From IMG/VR virus record IMGVR_UViG_3300045988_104973: a DNA stretch of 13,203 bases. One strand, given 5' to 3'. The notes under the pieces were generated by a model that searched no databases, was not told where the DNA came from, and saw nothing but the letters and a program-made list of their open reading frames with translations. This document shows positions 13,003 to 13,203 of this stretch, piece by piece; position 1 is the stretch's first letter, and the number at the start of each line of letters is the position of its first letter. The translations under genes were made by a program, and so were the position numbers. The DNA is from a virus.

Positions 13003-13020
13003 GTGTTTCATGTGAAACAT
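13003..13020. repeat. Variant copy (16/18) of the 18-bp palindrome, between the right ITR promoter and the RBS of the right-end gene
   Basis: Read on the - strand it is ATGTTTCACATGAAACAC followed by AGAAAGGAGA. The 28-nt module 12993-13020 matches 471-498 at 26/28 positions in inverted orientation. Confidence 0.8.
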
Positions 13021-13024
13021 TTAA

Positions 13025-13203
13025 AACCTGTTATCTTGTTTCTAAGAAGATTATAGCACTTTACTAATAATTTGTCAACTACTATTTTATATTAACTAAA
13101 ACTTGTGCTGTTAACAATTCTAGTGCATAGACAAGCGCATGTGGGAACTTTAGTGCAGTAACGCGTTAATGCTTTACCACTTTAATGTGCTATAGTTCTA
13201 TCA
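13025..13203 (-). repeat. Right inverted terminal repeat (ITR), 179 bp
   Basis: It is the exact reverse complement of 1-179. Confidence 0.95.
13050..13078 (-). promoter_or_regulatory. Sigma-A consensus promoter inside the right ITR, firing inward (leftward)
   Basis: It is the mirror image of 126-154. On the - strand, TTGACA is at 13078-13073 and TATAAT at 13055-13050. Confidence 0.8.

Noticed and set aside
1-13203. ITR-bounded element as a transposon/IS, casposon/pipolin-like element or linear plasmid
   Set aside because: There is no transposase, integrase or Cas1, and no target-site duplication can be assessed. The element encodes a full capsid, portal, tail and packaging set, so a virion-forming phage genome is the simplest reading.
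1-13203. Search for tRNA/tmRNA genes, an integrase/repressor lysogeny module, attachment sites, or toxin-antitoxin and defence cassettes
   Set aside because: No cloverleaf-like sequences, recombinase motifs or HTH repressor-type ORFs were recognised. All coding space is accounted for by the 17 genes listed.

Overview
The window is bounded by a perfect 179-bp inverted terminal repeat: bases 1-179 are the exact reverse complement of 13025-13203. It therefore looks like a complete 13.2-kb linear genome rather than a chromosomal fragment. Gene content matches a very small phi29-like, protein-primed podophage of a Gram-positive (Bacillota-type) host. That host guess rests on strong GGAGG-type RBSs, sigma-A consensus promoters, a CW_7-like wall-binding module and a YvrJ-like membrane protein. 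I call 17 CDSs, 16 of them on the + strand. In order they are: two tiny left-end genes, a candidate terminal protein, a family-B protein-primed DNA polymerase with all Exo/Pol motifs readable, and two small proteins in their own promoter-terminator cassette. These are followed by a gp16-like packaging ATPase, a small membrane protein, a scaffold with hexapeptide repeats, the major capsid protein and a gp9-like tail knob. Last come a 59-aa CW_7-like ORF missed by the ORF track, a two-domain peptidoglycan hydrolase, a gp10-like portal, a lower collar, a beta-helix tail spike and one leftward small gene at the right end. Transcription signals are unusually clean. Each ITR holds a perfect TTGACA-17-TATAAT firing inward, a third perfect copy sits at 3133-3161, and an extended -10 promoter sits at 4957-4985. 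There are three intrinsic terminators. The leads most worth follow-up are: (1) a promoter, ~100-nt structured non-coding RNA and terminator unit between the packaging ATPase and the late operon, which could be a pRNA-like RNA or a lambda 6S/tR'-style antitermination leader; (2) an 18-bp perfect palindrome, ATGTTTCACGTGAAACAT, recurring at three or four places; (3) divergent paralogous small genes as the first gene inside each ITR; (4) a split, PlyC-like lysin arrangement. No integrase, tRNA, CRISPR array or lysogeny module is visible. All functional calls rest on motif recognition and synteny by eye; no database search was run.
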